Shown here piece after piece: positions 39,246 to 48,872 of a stretch of DNA of 64,000 bases. The notes under the pieces were generated by a model. It saw only the letters and a list, made by a program, of their open reading frames with translations. It had not been told where the DNA came from and ran no database searches. Source of the DNA: an uncultured Holophagales bacterium (GTDB lineage Bacteria > Acidobacteriota > Thermoanaerobaculia > Multivoradales > UBA5704). Positions within the stretch are counted from its first letter, which is position 1; each line of letters opens with the position of its first letter. The stretch spans positions 1,312,001 to 1,376,000 of the forward strand of contig CAWJGT010000003.1 in NCBI GenBank assembly GCA_963842525.1, in the 5' to 3' direction. The position numbers and the translations under genes were made by a program.

Positions 39246-40514
39246 TCAGATCACCGTGCCCGGCGTAATCAACGCGTTCTTGTGCACCACGATGATCCGG
39301 TCGCGGATCGACCAGTGCTCGCTGTCGGCGTTCTCCACTCCCGCGGCATTGATCAGCTTGCAGCCGTCGCCGATGCGGGCGTTGAAGTCGATGATCGTGT
39401 TGCGCAGGTGGCAGTCCCGGCCGATCCCGATGGGGATCTGGCTGCTGTCCGGCGGCGGGTCGGCCTCCAAGTTGTTGGCTCCCATGACGATCGAGCGCTC
39501 GATCACCGAGCCGGAGCGAACCACGGCGCGGATGCCGATGATCGAGTCGGCGATGTGGCTGCCGGAGAGGATGCTCCCCTCGGAGAGGATCGAGTACCGG
39601 ACCGAGCACTCGTTGACCTTGGTCCCCGGCAGGAAGCGCGGGTGGGTGAAGATCCGCAGCTCCGGGTCGTAGAGGTTGAGCGGCGGCAGCGGCAGCGTGA
39701 GGTCGAGGTTCGCCTGGTGGAAGCTGGGGATCGTGCCGATGTCGGTCCAATAGCCGCCGTGGGGATAAGCGTAGACGCTGTACTGCGCGAGCGCCTGTGG
39801 GATCACCTCGCGGCCGAAGTCGACGGTCGAGGTGCCGACCAGCAGCTCGGTCAGCACCTCGGGCTTGAAGATGTAGATCCCCATGCTGGCGAGGTACGAG
39901 CCCGGCGGCGCCGGAAAGCCGAGGGCGGCCTGGGTCTGGTCGTCGAGGGCGACGGCGTCGAGCAGCTCGGGCTCTTTGGGCTTCTCGACGAACTCGACGA
40001 TCCGGCCGGACGGGTCGAGGCGCAGGATGCCGAAGGCGGAGGCCTCCTCGCGGGTCACCGGCTTGACCGCGACCGTGATGTCGGCGCCGCGCTCGCGGTG
40101 AGTCCGCACGAGCTCCGAGATGTTCATCAGGTAGAGCTGGTCGCCCGAGAGGATGAGGACCTCGGAGGGGTCGTCCTCGACCAGGCGCGGCAGGCACTGG
40201 CGGACCGCGTCGGCGGTGCCCTGGTACCAGTCGCGGCGGTCGATCGTCTGCTCGGCCGCAAGGATGTTGACGAAACCGAGGCTGAAGGCGCTGAAGCGGT
40301 AGGTCTGCGCGATGTGGCGGTGCAGGCTGGCGCTGTTGAACTGGGTGATGACGAAGATCCGGTCGATCCCCGCGTGCAGGCTGTTGCTGATCGGGATGTC
40401 GATGAGCCGGAACTTCCCGCCCACCGGCACCGCCGGTTTGGCCCGATGGCGGGTCAAGGGCCACAAGCGGGACCCCTGGCCTCCACCCAGAATGGCTGTG
40501 ACGATCCGCTCCAT
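39246..40514 (-). CDS. glgC: Glucose-1-phosphate adenylyltransferase
   Basis: ILGGGQGSRLWPLT..RAKPAVP, WYQGTADAV, FVEKP, ASMGIY and YWTDIGT motifs. Confidence 0.96.
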   Translation of the reverse strand: MERIVTAILGGGQGSRLWPLTRHRAKPAVPVGGKFRLIDIPISNSLHAGIDRIFVITQFNSASLHRHIAQTYRFSAFSLGFVNILAAEQTIDRRDWYQGTADAVRQCLPRLVEDDPSEVLILSGDQLYLMNISELVRTHRERGADITVAVKPVTREEASAFGILRLDPSGRIVEFVEKPKEPELLDAVALDDQTQAALGFPAPPGSYLASMGIYIFKPEVLTELLVGTSTVDFGREVIPQALAQYSVYAYPHGGYWTDIGTIPSFHQANLDLTLPLPPLNLYDPELRIFTHPRFLPGTKVNECSVRYSILSEGSILSGSHIADSIIGIRAVVRSGSVIERSIVMGANNLEADPPPDSSQIPIGIGRDCHLRNTIIDFNARIGDGCKLINAAGVENADSEHWSIRDRIIVVHKNALITPGTVI

Positions 40515-40580
40515 GACCGCACCCCCCTGAGAGCGGGGGTATCCTACCGCAGGAGCGGGTCTGCGTGGGTGCCCTCGCTT

Positions 40581-41405
40581 CTACCAGGTCCCATGCTGGT
40601 AGAGCACCTGGCCTCCGACCGTGAGCTGGAACCGCTTGATGGTCGCCAGCCAGATGTTGGGGTCCAGCTTGAAGGTGGCGGGATGCTCGGCCGGGCCATC
40701 CGGGACCCTGAAGTCGAACTCCTTCTTCCAGGTGACGAAGCTCCCGCCCGTCCCGACCACGACGCCGTCGAGCTTGATCGACTCGGCTCCGACGGCCTTG
40801 GTCATCTCGTGACAGAACTCGACGGTATGCTGCCCGTGGGACAGGTGGACCCGGATTACGATCCGGGACATGCTTTTCTCGACGAGCTCCGCGTGCCAAC
40901 GCTGCTTCGTGGGCTTGGCGGGTTTCTGCGCAGGCTGCTTCTGGGAAGGTTGCTTCTGCGAGGCTTGCTCTTGAGGAACGGGACGGGAGGGCTCGCCGGA
41001 GGGCTTCTGGGAGGAAAGGCCCAGTCTCTTCTCGAGACCTGCCAGCAGGCGGTCCAGCTCGGGATGGGACGGTTCCCCTGCCCAGTCCGCGAGATCGACG
41101 GTCTGGAGCTGTCCGAACCCAAGGGGCAGACCGACCTCCTCGATCCGGACGGGGAACAGCACGCCGCGATCTGCCGCCTGGCCGGCTTCGTCCTTGACCC
41201 ACCGCGACTGGACCGACGCCTTGGACCATAGGACGATGACCGCCTGTGCCGCGGTCAACGATGCAGCGATGACCTCTTCGAAGACCTCGCCCGGGAGGAC
41301 CTGCCGGTCCCACCAGACAGCGATGCCCCGCCGGCCCAGGGCCTCGGCCAGCAGTTTCGCCTTGTCCCGATCCTCGCGGGCGTAGCTGACGAAGACGTGG
41401 TGCAT
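40581..41405 (-). CDS. TIR-domain protein with Q/P/K linker and beta-rich C-terminal domain
   Basis: VFVSYARED, VWWDR and VLWSKASVQSRWVKDEA motifs (conserved Glu present). Confidence 0.88.
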   Translation of the reverse strand: MHHVFVSYAREDRDKAKLLAEALGRRGIAVWWDRQVLPGEVFEEVIAASLTAAQAVIVLWSKASVQSRWVKDEAGQAADRGVLFPVRIEEVGLPLGFGQLQTVDLADWAGEPSHPELDRLLAGLEKRLGLSSQKPSGEPSRPVPQEQASQKQPSQKQPAQKPAKPTKQRWHAELVEKSMSRIVIRVHLSHGQHTVEFCHEMTKAVGAESIKLDGVVVGTGGSFVTWKKEFDFRVPDGPAEHPATFKLDPNIWLATIKRFQLTVGGQVLYQHGTW

Positions 41406-41482
41406 GCAGGCTCGTCGCAGGATGCTCGTTGAACCCTATCCTACTGTAAGGCGACGCTGGGCGGGTTTGTGATGCACCCAGC

Positions 41483-41881
41483 TCAGCGGACGACGTCGAT
41501 CTCCACTCCGACCTGCAGCTCTTTCCAGACCTTGTCCGTCGTGACGGCTGGCAGACCGAGCTCACCAGCCAGCGCGAGGCAGGCCCGATCACCGAGAGAG
41601 AGGCCGAGGTGGCGTGTATCGGCTCGCAGAAAAGCGGTCCGCTCCGCATGACGCGCGGTGAACGCCACGATTCGCAGCCCGAGAGCCTCCAGATCCTGCT
41701 GTAGACCGCTCACTTCGACCTGCTGGTCGAGGGTCTTCTGAACGACCTCCGACCAGTTGACGCTGGACATCGCCGCACCTTCCAGCAGACCCTGGACCCT
41801 ATCCCCGCCAGGCTCCCGATGCAGCATCGCCAGGAGAGCCGATGCATCGAGCACGCAAGCAGCATCCTCGGCGGAGGTCAT
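41483..41881 (-). CDS. VapC family PIN toxin
   Basis: VLDASALLAML, SVNWSE, LSLGDRACLALA and TTDKVW motifs. Confidence 0.92.
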   Translation of the reverse strand: MTSAEDAACVLDASALLAMLHREPGGDRVQGLLEGAAMSSVNWSEVVQKTLDQQVEVSGLQQDLEALGLRIVAFTARHAERTAFLRADTRHLGLSLGDRACLALAGELGLPAVTTDKVWKELQVGVEIDVVR

Positions 41882-42144
41882 TTCTTTGCCTCTCGTCTCG
41901 CTTCGACCCGCCTCTCGGCAATGAGCTCGTCCGAGAGGTTGACCTCGGCCGGCACCTTGGCGAACCGCTGGCGTAGCCGATGAAGGACTGCCTCCCGCTT
42001 CTCCAGGACAAGGCGGTGGTCTTCTACTACGGCAAGAAGGACGTCTCCCTGGCTGATCCCCATCTCACGACGGATCTCGGAAGGAATGACCAACCGTCCC
42101 TGGGGGCCGATCGTCACGGTCGTTGGGCTCGACAGTTTCTCCAT
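41878..42144 (-). CDS. AbrB/MazE family antitoxin
   Basis: TVTIGPQGRLVIPSEIRREMGISQGDVL and LSDELIAERR; 4-bp overlap with vapC. Confidence 0.9.
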   Translation of the reverse strand: MEKLSSPTTVTIGPQGRLVIPSEIRREMGISQGDVLLAVVEDHRLVLEKREAVLHRLRQRFAKVPAEVNLSDELIAERRVEARREAKK

Positions 42145-42155
42145 AGGATCTCTAT

Positions 42156-42203
42156 TGTGCCACGCGGAGCCCAAGTGTGCCACGGCATTCGAGATGTGGC
42201 ACG
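42156..42203. promoter_or_regulatory. Putative autoregulatory operator of the abrB-vapC operon
   Basis: TGTGCCACG at 42156 and 42176, plus inverted GTGGCAC at about 42196, just upstream of the antitoxin start. Confidence 0.5.
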
Positions 42204-42248
42204 CATGGAGAGCCTGCGCCTGGACCGGTGCGAAGGTAGAATCCACAT

Positions 42249-42950
42249 ATGGCCGCTTCCCCCCGCCGCCCCCTCCACTGCGACTTCCTCGGCCGCATTC
42301 CCTATCAGGAAGCCGTCGAGCGACAGCTCGCCGTGCGCGACGCCGTGAAGCGGGGTGAGGGCCCGGAGCATCTACTCCTGCTGGAGCACCCGCACGTCTA
42401 CACCCTGGGGCGCAACGCCACCCGGGCCGATGTCCTGGCCAGCCCGGAGTGGCTCGCGGCGCGGGGCGTCGAGATCGCCGAGTGCGACCGCGGCGGGCAG
42501 GTCACCTACCACGGGCCGGGGCAGCTCGTGGGCTATCCCGTGGTCAATCTGAGCCCGGACCGGCGCGACGTGCGGCGGTACGTCCGCGATCTCCAGGAGG
42601 TGCTGATCCGGATCCTGGCGGACTATGGCGTCCAGGCCGAGCCCCGCGACGGCCAGGCCTTCGTGGGTGTCTGGGTGGGGGAGGACAAGATCGCCTCGAT
42701 CGGCGTCCACCTCTCGCGCTGGATCACCACCCACGGTTTTGCCTTGAACGTCTCGACCGATCTCGCCTACTTTGCCGGGATCGTCCCCTGCGGCCTCAAG
42801 GGCCTCGGCCTGACCTCGATCGAGCGGCTGACCGGCCGCGCTCCGTCCTTGCCGGAGGTGGCTTCTGTCTGCGCCCGGCACTTCGCCGAGGTCTTCGATC
42901 GCGAATCTGGGAAGGGGGGAGCTTGGAGCCCAGAGTCGCTATCGGCCTGA
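42249..42950 (+). CDS. lipB: Octanoyltransferase
   Basis: LLEHPHVYTLG, DRGGQVTYHGPGQLVGYP, KIASIG, HGFALN and IVPCGL motifs. Confidence 0.96.
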   Translation: MAASPRRPLHCDFLGRIPYQEAVERQLAVRDAVKRGEGPEHLLLLEHPHVYTLGRNATRADVLASPEWLAARGVEIAECDRGGQVTYHGPGQLVGYPVVNLSPDRRDVRRYVRDLQEVLIRILADYGVQAEPRDGQAFVGVWVGEDKIASIGVHLSRWITTHGFALNVSTDLAYFAGIVPCGLKGLGLTSIERLTGRAPSLPEVASVCARHFAEVFDRESGKGGAWSPESLSA

Positions 42951-43909
42951 ACGCGGTGATCGTGGCGGTGACCGAAGAGGTCCCGCGCATCCTGACCGTC
43001 AGCTCGCGATCCACCCCCTCCGGCCGCGACAGCGCGGAGGACGAGGAGGCCCTCCCCTTCGGCCCCCTCGACCCGGAGGTCGACCGCACCCTCGACCGCG
43101 GTTTGCGCCGCTGGGTCCACGAGCAGACCGGCCTGCCTCTGGGCTACGTCGAGCAGCTCTACACCTTCGGCGACCGCGACCGCGATCCCCAGGCGGGAAA
43201 GAAGGGGCTTCGCGAAGTGTCGGTGGCCTACCTCGCCCTGGTGCGGGAGGTCTCGGTACGCCTCGAAGCCCGCTGGCGGGACTGGTACGAGTTCTTGCCC
43301 TGGGAAGACTGGAGGAACGGCCGCCCGCCGCTGATCGACCGCCTCATTGCTCCGGCCCTGGACGCCTGGATCGCGGCGGCCCCTGACACCCACCTGCGCC
43401 AGGAGCGCCGCGAGCGGGCGGACATCGTCTTCGGGCTGGGCGGCGCGTCGTGGGACGAGGAGCGGGTGCTGGAGCGCTATGAGCTCCTCTACGAAGCGTC
43501 CCTGGTCCCCGAGGCCTGGCGCGACCGTGCCGTCCGCGACCCGGCAGCCGCCTCGGTTCCTCCGGACCCCTTTCCCGGCCTCCCCATGGCGGTCGACCAC
43601 CGGCGCATCCTCGCCACCGCCCTCGGCCGGCTGCGCGGCAAGATCAAATACCGTCCGGTCGTCTTCGAGCTGCTGCCCCCCACCTTCACCTTGCTCCAGC
43701 TCCAACGGGTCGTCGAAGCCCTGGCCGGCACCCGACTCCACAAGCAGAACTTCCGCCGCCTCGTCGAGAACGCCGGCCTCGTCGAAGGCACCGGCCGGCA
43801 GGACGTCCAGACCGGAGGCCGTCCGGCCGAGCTGTTCGTCTTCCGCCGCGACGTCCTGCGCGAGAGGCCTGCTCCCGGAGTCGGGCTGCCCCACGTTCGA
43901 CGGGTGTAA
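42923..43909 (+). CDS. nadQ: NadQ/NrtR-like NAD biosynthesis regulator (degenerate Nudix plus wHTH)
   Basis: TTG start after GGGGGAG; IGLNAVIVAV, YVEQLYTFGDR, WYEFLPWEDWR, VLERYELLYEA, RLRGKIKYRPVVFEL and LHKQNFRR motifs; upstream of nadABC. Confidence 0.85.
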   Translation: MEPRVAIGLNAVIVAVTEEVPRILTVSSRSTPSGRDSAEDEEALPFGPLDPEVDRTLDRGLRRWVHEQTGLPLGYVEQLYTFGDRDRDPQAGKKGLREVSVAYLALVREVSVRLEARWRDWYEFLPWEDWRNGRPPLIDRLIAPALDAWIAAAPDTHLRQERRERADIVFGLGGASWDEERVLERYELLYEASLVPEAWRDRAVRDPAAASVPPDPFPGLPMAVDHRRILATALGRLRGKIKYRPVVFELLPPTFTLLQLQRVVEALAGTRLHKQNFRRLVENAGLVEGTGRQDVQTGGRPAELFVFRRDVLRERPAPGVGLPHVRRV

Positions 43910-44019
43910 TACGGCTCAGGCCCGAACCTGCTGCAGCCACCCAAACCAACCCACAAAATTTAGCGAAGACCTTCAGAAGTTTGTCAGGAGCGTCTCCACA
44001 CTGTTCTTCGCCCGACCTT

Positions 44020-44433
44020 CAAAACCGGCAGTTCCAGGACAAGATTCGCAGCCACACCGGGCGCACCAACGGGCACAGCCTCCAGCGGATCATCGCGGAC
44101 CTGGTATCGATCCAGCGCGGCTGGTTTGAATACTTCAAACACAGCCACTGGTCGACCTTTGAGCAACTGGACAAGTGGATCCGGATGCGGCTTCGCAGCA
44201 TCCTGCGCCACCGCCAGAAGCGCAAGGGGAGATCCCGGGGCCGCGATCACAACCGCTGGCCGAAGACCTTCTTTGCTGAGCTTGGGCTGTACTCCTTCTA
44301 CGCAGCCTACGCCCAGACCCGTCAACCCTCTCGGAGGTAAGACCACCAACCGGAGAGCCGGATGCGGGAGATCCGCACGTCCGGTTCGGAGGGAGGGGGG
44401 ACCGGGTAAACAACCGGTCCTCCCTACCCCTAT
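44020..44433 (+). mobile_element. 5'-truncated group II intron (maturase tail plus domains V and VI)
   Basis: Maturase-like FQDKIR...RGWFEYF...LDKWIRMRLRSIL...FFAELGL; DV GAGCCGGATGCGGGAGATCCGCACGTCCGGTTC at 44355-44387; DVI ending CTACCCCTAT. Left boundary approximate. Confidence 0.9.
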
Positions 44434-44497
44434 CAGGGAAAAACGGCTCGGCCGAGGTTTTGGTACAACACCAAGGGCCGTGCCGCTGGTTCTCCAT

Positions 44498-44831
44498 CAC
44501 CTGCCTTTGCGGCTTCGCTACGGCCGCTCGGCCAAAGATACGTGGCGCGGGCTCTGCGTCACCTGCCTCTGTGGCTCCGTCACTGCCGCAGAGCCAAAGG
44601 CAGTGACTCTGGCTCCGCGGCATCTGCCTTTGCCGCTCCGTCATGGACGGAACGCCAGAGGCTTTAGCCGCAGCTTCACTGCCACCTGCCTTTGCCGCTC
44701 CGTCACAGCCGCAGAGCCAAAGGCATCGCCTTTGCCGCTCCGTCACGGGCGGAGCGCCAGAGGCTTTAGCCACAGCTTCACTGCCACCTGTCTTTGCCGC
44801 TCAGTCATTGCCGCAGAGCCAAAGGCAGGTG
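44498..44831. repeat. Array of about six palindromic ~42-bp units with ~20-bp linkers
   Basis: CACCTGCCTTTGCCGCTCCGTCA...GCCAAAGGC units at about 44498, 44560, 44621, 44683, 44727 and 44784. Confidence 0.82.
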
Positions 44832-44966
44832 ACGGGCTCCCCGAAGTGCAACGGGGTAGAGCGCGGCACAGGAGACGCCCCGATCGTGTGCACCGACAGC
44901 GCAGTGACAGCGAACTGGGGCGTCTCTACGCAACGTCGCCAGCGGCCGTGACCGCGGGGAGTGTGA

Positions 44967-44991
44967 GCCGGCGGGACGCCGGCGCTCCCAG
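44967..44991. repeat. REP-like element GCCGGCGGGACGCCGGCGCTCCCAG
   Basis: Identical to 25547-25571. Confidence 0.8.
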
Positions 44992-45052
44992 GGGTCCCCC
45001 CCCGCCCTCATCCCTGTCACCTCCCTTCACCTCTGACACTCCTGTCACGGAA

Positions 45053-45081
45053 TTGACAGCCCATATGCTCAGTTGTAGTAT
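45053..45081 (+). promoter_or_regulatory. Sigma70-type promoter of nadABC
   Basis: TTGACA (45053-45058), 17-bp spacer, TAGTAT (45076-45081). Confidence 0.75.
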
Positions 45082-45124
45082 AAGGACGTGGCCGGCATGC
45101 GCCGGCCCTTTCTTGTACACCCAA

Positions 45125-45143
45125 TATGCTCAGGATGAGCATA
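45125..45143. promoter_or_regulatory. NadQ-type operator
   Basis: Perfect palindrome TATGCTCA-GGA-TGAGCATA before the nadA RBS; a degenerate copy TATGCTCA-GTT-GTAGTATA at 45064-45082 overlaps the promoter. Confidence 0.8.
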
Positions 45144-45161
45144 GCCGATAGGAGGGGTGCC

Positions 45162-46184
45162 ATGAGCCTGCAGCAAGCCCGGTTGGAGTACACCCCGGAC
45201 GTCGCGCTTCGGACTGCCCCGATCTACGACCGGGTCCGCTCGGTCATCCCCGACTTCGAGTGGCCGATCCATGCCCCCTATGTGGACCGGATCAACGAGC
45301 TCAAGGCGCAGCGCAACGCCGTGATCCTGGCCCACAACTACCAGACGCCGGAGATCTTCCACGGCGTGGCCGACTTCGCGGGCGACTCGCTGGCTTTGGC
45401 CCAGTTCGGTGCGAAGACCGAGGCGGACGTGATCGTCCTGGCCGGGGTCCACTTCATGGCCGAGACGGCGAAGATCCTGTCTCCCGAGAAGACAGTCCTC
45501 ATCCCGGACCTGGAGGCGGGGTGCTCTCTCGCCGCGTCGATCACGGGGGCGGACATCCGCCTGCTGCGGCAGCGCTACCCCGGGGTGCCGGTGGTGACCT
45601 ACGTCAACACGTCCGCCGAGGTGAAGGCCGAGTCGGACATCTGCTGCACGTCGGCCAACGCCGTGGCGGTGGTCGAGTCGCTCGGCGTGCCGCGCGTGAT
45701 CTTCCTGCCCGACGAGTACCTGGGCAAGTACGTGGCGTCCCAGACGGATGTCGAGCTGATCCTCTGGAAGGGGCACTGCGAGGTGCACGAGCGTTTCACC
45801 GGCGAGCAGCTCCGGGCCTACCGGACGGGGCAGCCGGACCTCCAGATCCTGGCCCATCCGGAGTGCCCGCCGGACGTGCTGGCCGAGGCCGACTTCGTGG
45901 GCTCGACCGCGGCCATGATCCGCCATGTGGGCGAGCACCGGCCGCGGCGGGTGGTCATGGTCACCGAGTGCTCGATGAGCGACAACGTGGCCGTGCAATA
46001 TCCGGACGTCGAGTTCGTCCGGCCGTGCAACCTCTGCCCGCATATGAAGCGGATCACGCTGCCCAAGATCCTCCGGTCGCTGGAGACGATGCAGCACGAG
46101 GTGCACGTCGACCCGGAGGTAGGGGCGCGGGCGAAGCTGGCCGTGGAGCGGATGCTCGCGGTCGGCCGCCGGGAGGGCAAGTGA
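45162..46184 (+). CDS. nadA: Quinolinate synthase
   Basis: RBS GGAGG; [38 protein letters not shown] and CPHM motifs. Confidence 0.96.
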   Translation: MSLQQARLEYTPDVALRTAPIYDRVRSVIPDFEWPIHAPYVDRINELKAQRNAVILAHNYQTPEIFHGVADFAGDSLALAQFGAKTEADVIVLAGVHFMAETAKILSPEKTVLIPDLEAGCSLAASITGADIRLLRQRYPGVPVVTYVNTSAEVKAESDICCTSANAVAVVESLGVPRVIFLPDEYLGKYVASQTDVELILWKGHCEVHERFTGEQLRAYRTGQPDLQILAHPECPPDVLAEADFVGSTAAMIRHVGEHRPRRVVMVTECSMSDNVAVQYPDVEFVRPCNLCPHMKRITLPKILRSLETMQHEVHVDPEVGARAKLAVERMLAVGRREGK

Positions 46185-47794
46185 ACGATCCCCTGGAAGG
46201 CCGATTCGACAGCGTGTCGAGGTCCGATATCCTGGTCGTAGGGACCGGCGCGGCCGGGCTGACGGCCGCTCTCGGCTGCGCCCCGGCGCGGGTGACGGTG
46301 CTCACCAAGTCGACGCTGGTCAGCGGCTCCAGCCCGTGGGCGCAGGGAGGTGTCGCCGCCGCGATCGGGACGGACGATGCGCCGGCCCTGCACGCGGCCG
46401 ACACCATGACCGCCGGGGCGGGGCTCAACGATCCGGTGGTGGTCGATCTCCTGACCCTGGAAGGGCCGGAGCGGGTCCGCGCGCTCGTGGACATGGGTGC
46501 CCGGTTCGACCGCGACGCCGCGGGGCAGCTCGCCCTCGGCCGCGAGGCCGCGCACAGCCGGCGCCGCATCCTGCATGCCCGGGACACGACCGGCTCGGAG
46601 ATCGTGCGCACCCTGGCCGAGGCCGTGCGGCATGCGCCCGAGGTCGAGGTTGTGGAGGGCGCCTTCGCCGTCGATCTCGTCCTGGAGGGCGACCGGGTGG
46701 TGGGCGTGCTGGCGGTCCACGGTGAGGGGCGGCGGGTGCTTCATCTCGCTCCGGCCGTGGTCCTGGCCACCGGTGGGCTCGGCCGCCTCTATCTCCATAC
46801 GACGAACCCGCGCGAGGCGACCGGCGACGGCCTGGCCATGGCGGCTCGGGCCGGCGCGCGGCTGGTCGACCTCGAATTCGTCCAGTTCCACCCGACCGCG
46901 CTCGCGGCCGGCGGCGATCCCATGCCATTGCTGACCGAGGCACTGCGCGGCGAGGGGGCGGTGCTGATCGACAGTCGGGGGCATAGATTCATGGTTGACG
47001 AGCATCCGGACGCCGAGCTCGCTCCCCGTGACGTGGTGGCGCGGGCGATCTGGCGCCGGCAGATGGCGGGGGAGCGGGTCTTCCTCGATTCCCGTGCGGC
47101 GGTGGGGGAGACCTTTCCGGATCGCTTCCCGCAGGTCTTCGAGCTCTGCCGCGAGCGGGGGATCGATCCCCGCGTCGAGCCGGTCCCGGTCGCTCCCGCC
47201 GTGCACTACCACATGGGCGGCATCGCCGTGGACCTGGACGGCCGCACCTCGCTTCCCGGGCTCTGGGCCTGCGGCGAGGCGACCGCCACCGGCGCGCACG
47301 GAGCCAACCGGCTGGCGAGCAACTCGCTGCTGGAGGCCCTGGTCTTCGGCGCTCGCGTGGCCGAGGATCTGCGGACCGTGGTGTCCACAGCCGGTGATCC
47401 GGATACACGTGACCTGCGGATAGCCGTGGGTCCGAGCGGCGTCCAGGCGCCGGGAGACGGCGAGCTGATCGCGACGGTGCGGCGGCTGATGTGGGAGAAG
47501 GTCGGGCTCGTGCGCGACGAGGAAGGGCTGGCGGCCGCTCTCGAAGAGCTGGAGGTCCTGGCCGAGCGGCATCGGAATGCGGCGGGGGAGGCGCGCAACC
47601 TCCTCGGCGTGGCCCGCCTGCTGACCGCCGCGGCCCTGGCCCGGCGGGAGAGCCGGGGCGGGCACTTCCGCGCCGATTTCCCGACGCCGGACCCGTCCTG
47701 GCAGCGGCGCCTGTTCCTCACCGCGGCACCGGACGGCTCGGCCCGGTTCGAGGAGCCGGTCCTCCCCCTGCTGGCTGCGGGGCTCGCGCGATGA
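46181..47794 (+). CDS. nadB: L-aspartate oxidase
   Basis: [40 protein letters not shown] and [13 protein letters not shown] motifs. Confidence 0.95.
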   Translation: MNDPLEGRFDSVSRSDILVVGTGAAGLTAALGCAPARVTVLTKSTLVSGSSPWAQGGVAAAIGTDDAPALHAADTMTAGAGLNDPVVVDLLTLEGPERVRALVDMGARFDRDAAGQLALGREAAHSRRRILHARDTTGSEIVRTLAEAVRHAPEVEVVEGAFAVDLVLEGDRVVGVLAVHGEGRRVLHLAPAVVLATGGLGRLYLHTTNPREATGDGLAMAARAGARLVDLEFVQFHPTALAAGGDPMPLLTEALRGEGAVLIDSRGHRFMVDEHPDAELAPRDVVARAIWRRQMAGERVFLDSRAAVGETFPDRFPQVFELCRERGIDPRVEPVPVAPAVHYHMGGIAVDLDGRTSLPGLWACGEATATGAHGANRLASNSLLEALVFGARVAEDLRTVVSTAGDPDTRDLRIAVGPSGVQAPGDGELIATVRRLMWEKVGLVRDEEGLAAALEELEVLAERHRNAAGEARNLLGVARLLTAAALARRESRGGHFRADFPTPDPSWQRRLFLTAAPDGSARFEEPVLPLLAAGLAR

Positions 47795-48642
47795 GCGACC
47801 GTCTGCCGCCGCTCGTTCCGCTGCTCTATGAGCCGTTGGTCCGGCGCGCCCTGGAGGAGGACCTGGGGAGGGCCGGGGACCTGACCAGCGACGCGGTCCT
47901 GCCTCCGGATCTGCCCGGCGAGGCGAAGATCGTGGTCCGCCGGGCCGGCCGGATCGCCGGGCTGGACGTGGCCGTCGCGACCTTCCGGCTGCTCGACGGC
48001 TCCATCCAGGCGCAGAAATTACAGACCGATGGCGAGGACGCCGAGGCCGGCGCGGTCCTGGCGACGTTCCAGGGCCCGGCCCGTTCGCTGCTCACGGCCG
48101 AGCGCACGGCGCTCAATTTCCTCGGCCGGCTCTGCGGCATCGCCACGGCGACCCGCGACCTGGTGGCGGTCGTGGCTCCTCACGGCGCGCAGGTGGTTTG
48201 TACAAGGAAGACCACTCCCGGGCTGCGAACCCTTGAAAAATACGCCGTCCGGGCCGGCGGCGGCGGCAATCACCGCTTCGGGCTGGACGATGCCGTGCTG
48301 ATCAAGGACAACCACCTGGCGCTGGCCGGAGGGATCCGGAAGGCCGTGGAGCGCGCCCGCCGTCATGTCGGCCATCTCGTGAAGATCGAGGTCGAGGTGG
48401 ACTCCCTGGACCAGCTCCGCGAGGCGCTCGACCTCGGCGTGGACGTGGTCCTGCTGGACAACATGGACCTCGATACGTTGCGCGAGGCGGTCAGGCTGGC
48501 CAAGGGCCGCGCCCTGACCGAAGCCTCCGGGGGGATCCGTCCGGGCACGGCCGCCGCCATCGCCGCGACCGGCGTGGACCTGCTTTCAGTGGGCTGGCTC
48601 ACCCACAGCGCGCCGGCGCTGGATGTGGCGTTGGATATTTGA
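47791..48642 (+). CDS. nadC: Nicotinate-nucleotide diphosphorylase (carboxylating)
   Basis: ERTALNFL, TRKTTPGLR, NHRFGLDDAVLIKDNH, LLDNM and EASGG motifs. Confidence 0.96.
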   Translation: MSDRLPPLVPLLYEPLVRRALEEDLGRAGDLTSDAVLPPDLPGEAKIVVRRAGRIAGLDVAVATFRLLDGSIQAQKLQTDGEDAEAGAVLATFQGPARSLLTAERTALNFLGRLCGIATATRDLVAVVAPHGAQVVCTRKTTPGLRTLEKYAVRAGGGGNHRFGLDDAVLIKDNHLALAGGIRKAVERARRHVGHLVKIEVEVDSLDQLREALDLGVDVVLLDNMDLDTLREAVRLAKGRALTEASGGIRPGTAAAIAATGVDLLSVGWLTHSAPALDVALDI

Positions 48643-48872
48643 ACCTCACCCCCTGTCCCCCTCTCCCATCGCCCCCCCCTGCCCCCGGGAGAGGGGGGAC
48701 GCAGGTGGAGCCATTTCCGGCAATCACTCATTAGGGGTATAGGAAATCTGCAGGGCGCAGCACGCTGCGTCCGCACAGCTCCCCGGCCACCCCGCGCATC
48801 CGGAAAGCCACGCGTCCCCCCTCTCCCGGGGGCAGGGGGGGGCGATGGGAGAGGGGGACAGGGGGTGAGGTT
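48642..48872. repeat. Long inverted-repeat intergenic element, copy D
   Basis: AACCTCACCCCCTGTCCCCCTCTCCCATCGCCC...GGGCGATGGGAGAGGGGGACAGGGGGTGAGGTT; ends match copy A. Confidence 0.9.

Noticed and set aside
43981-44340. Retron or DGR reverse transcriptase system
   Set aside because: There is no RT core (no YADD); only a maturase tail with intron DV and DVI is present.
44498-44831. CRISPR array (also considered for 2698 and 24775)
   Set aside because: Repeats are degenerate, linkers are short and related or duplicated, and there are no cas genes or leader.
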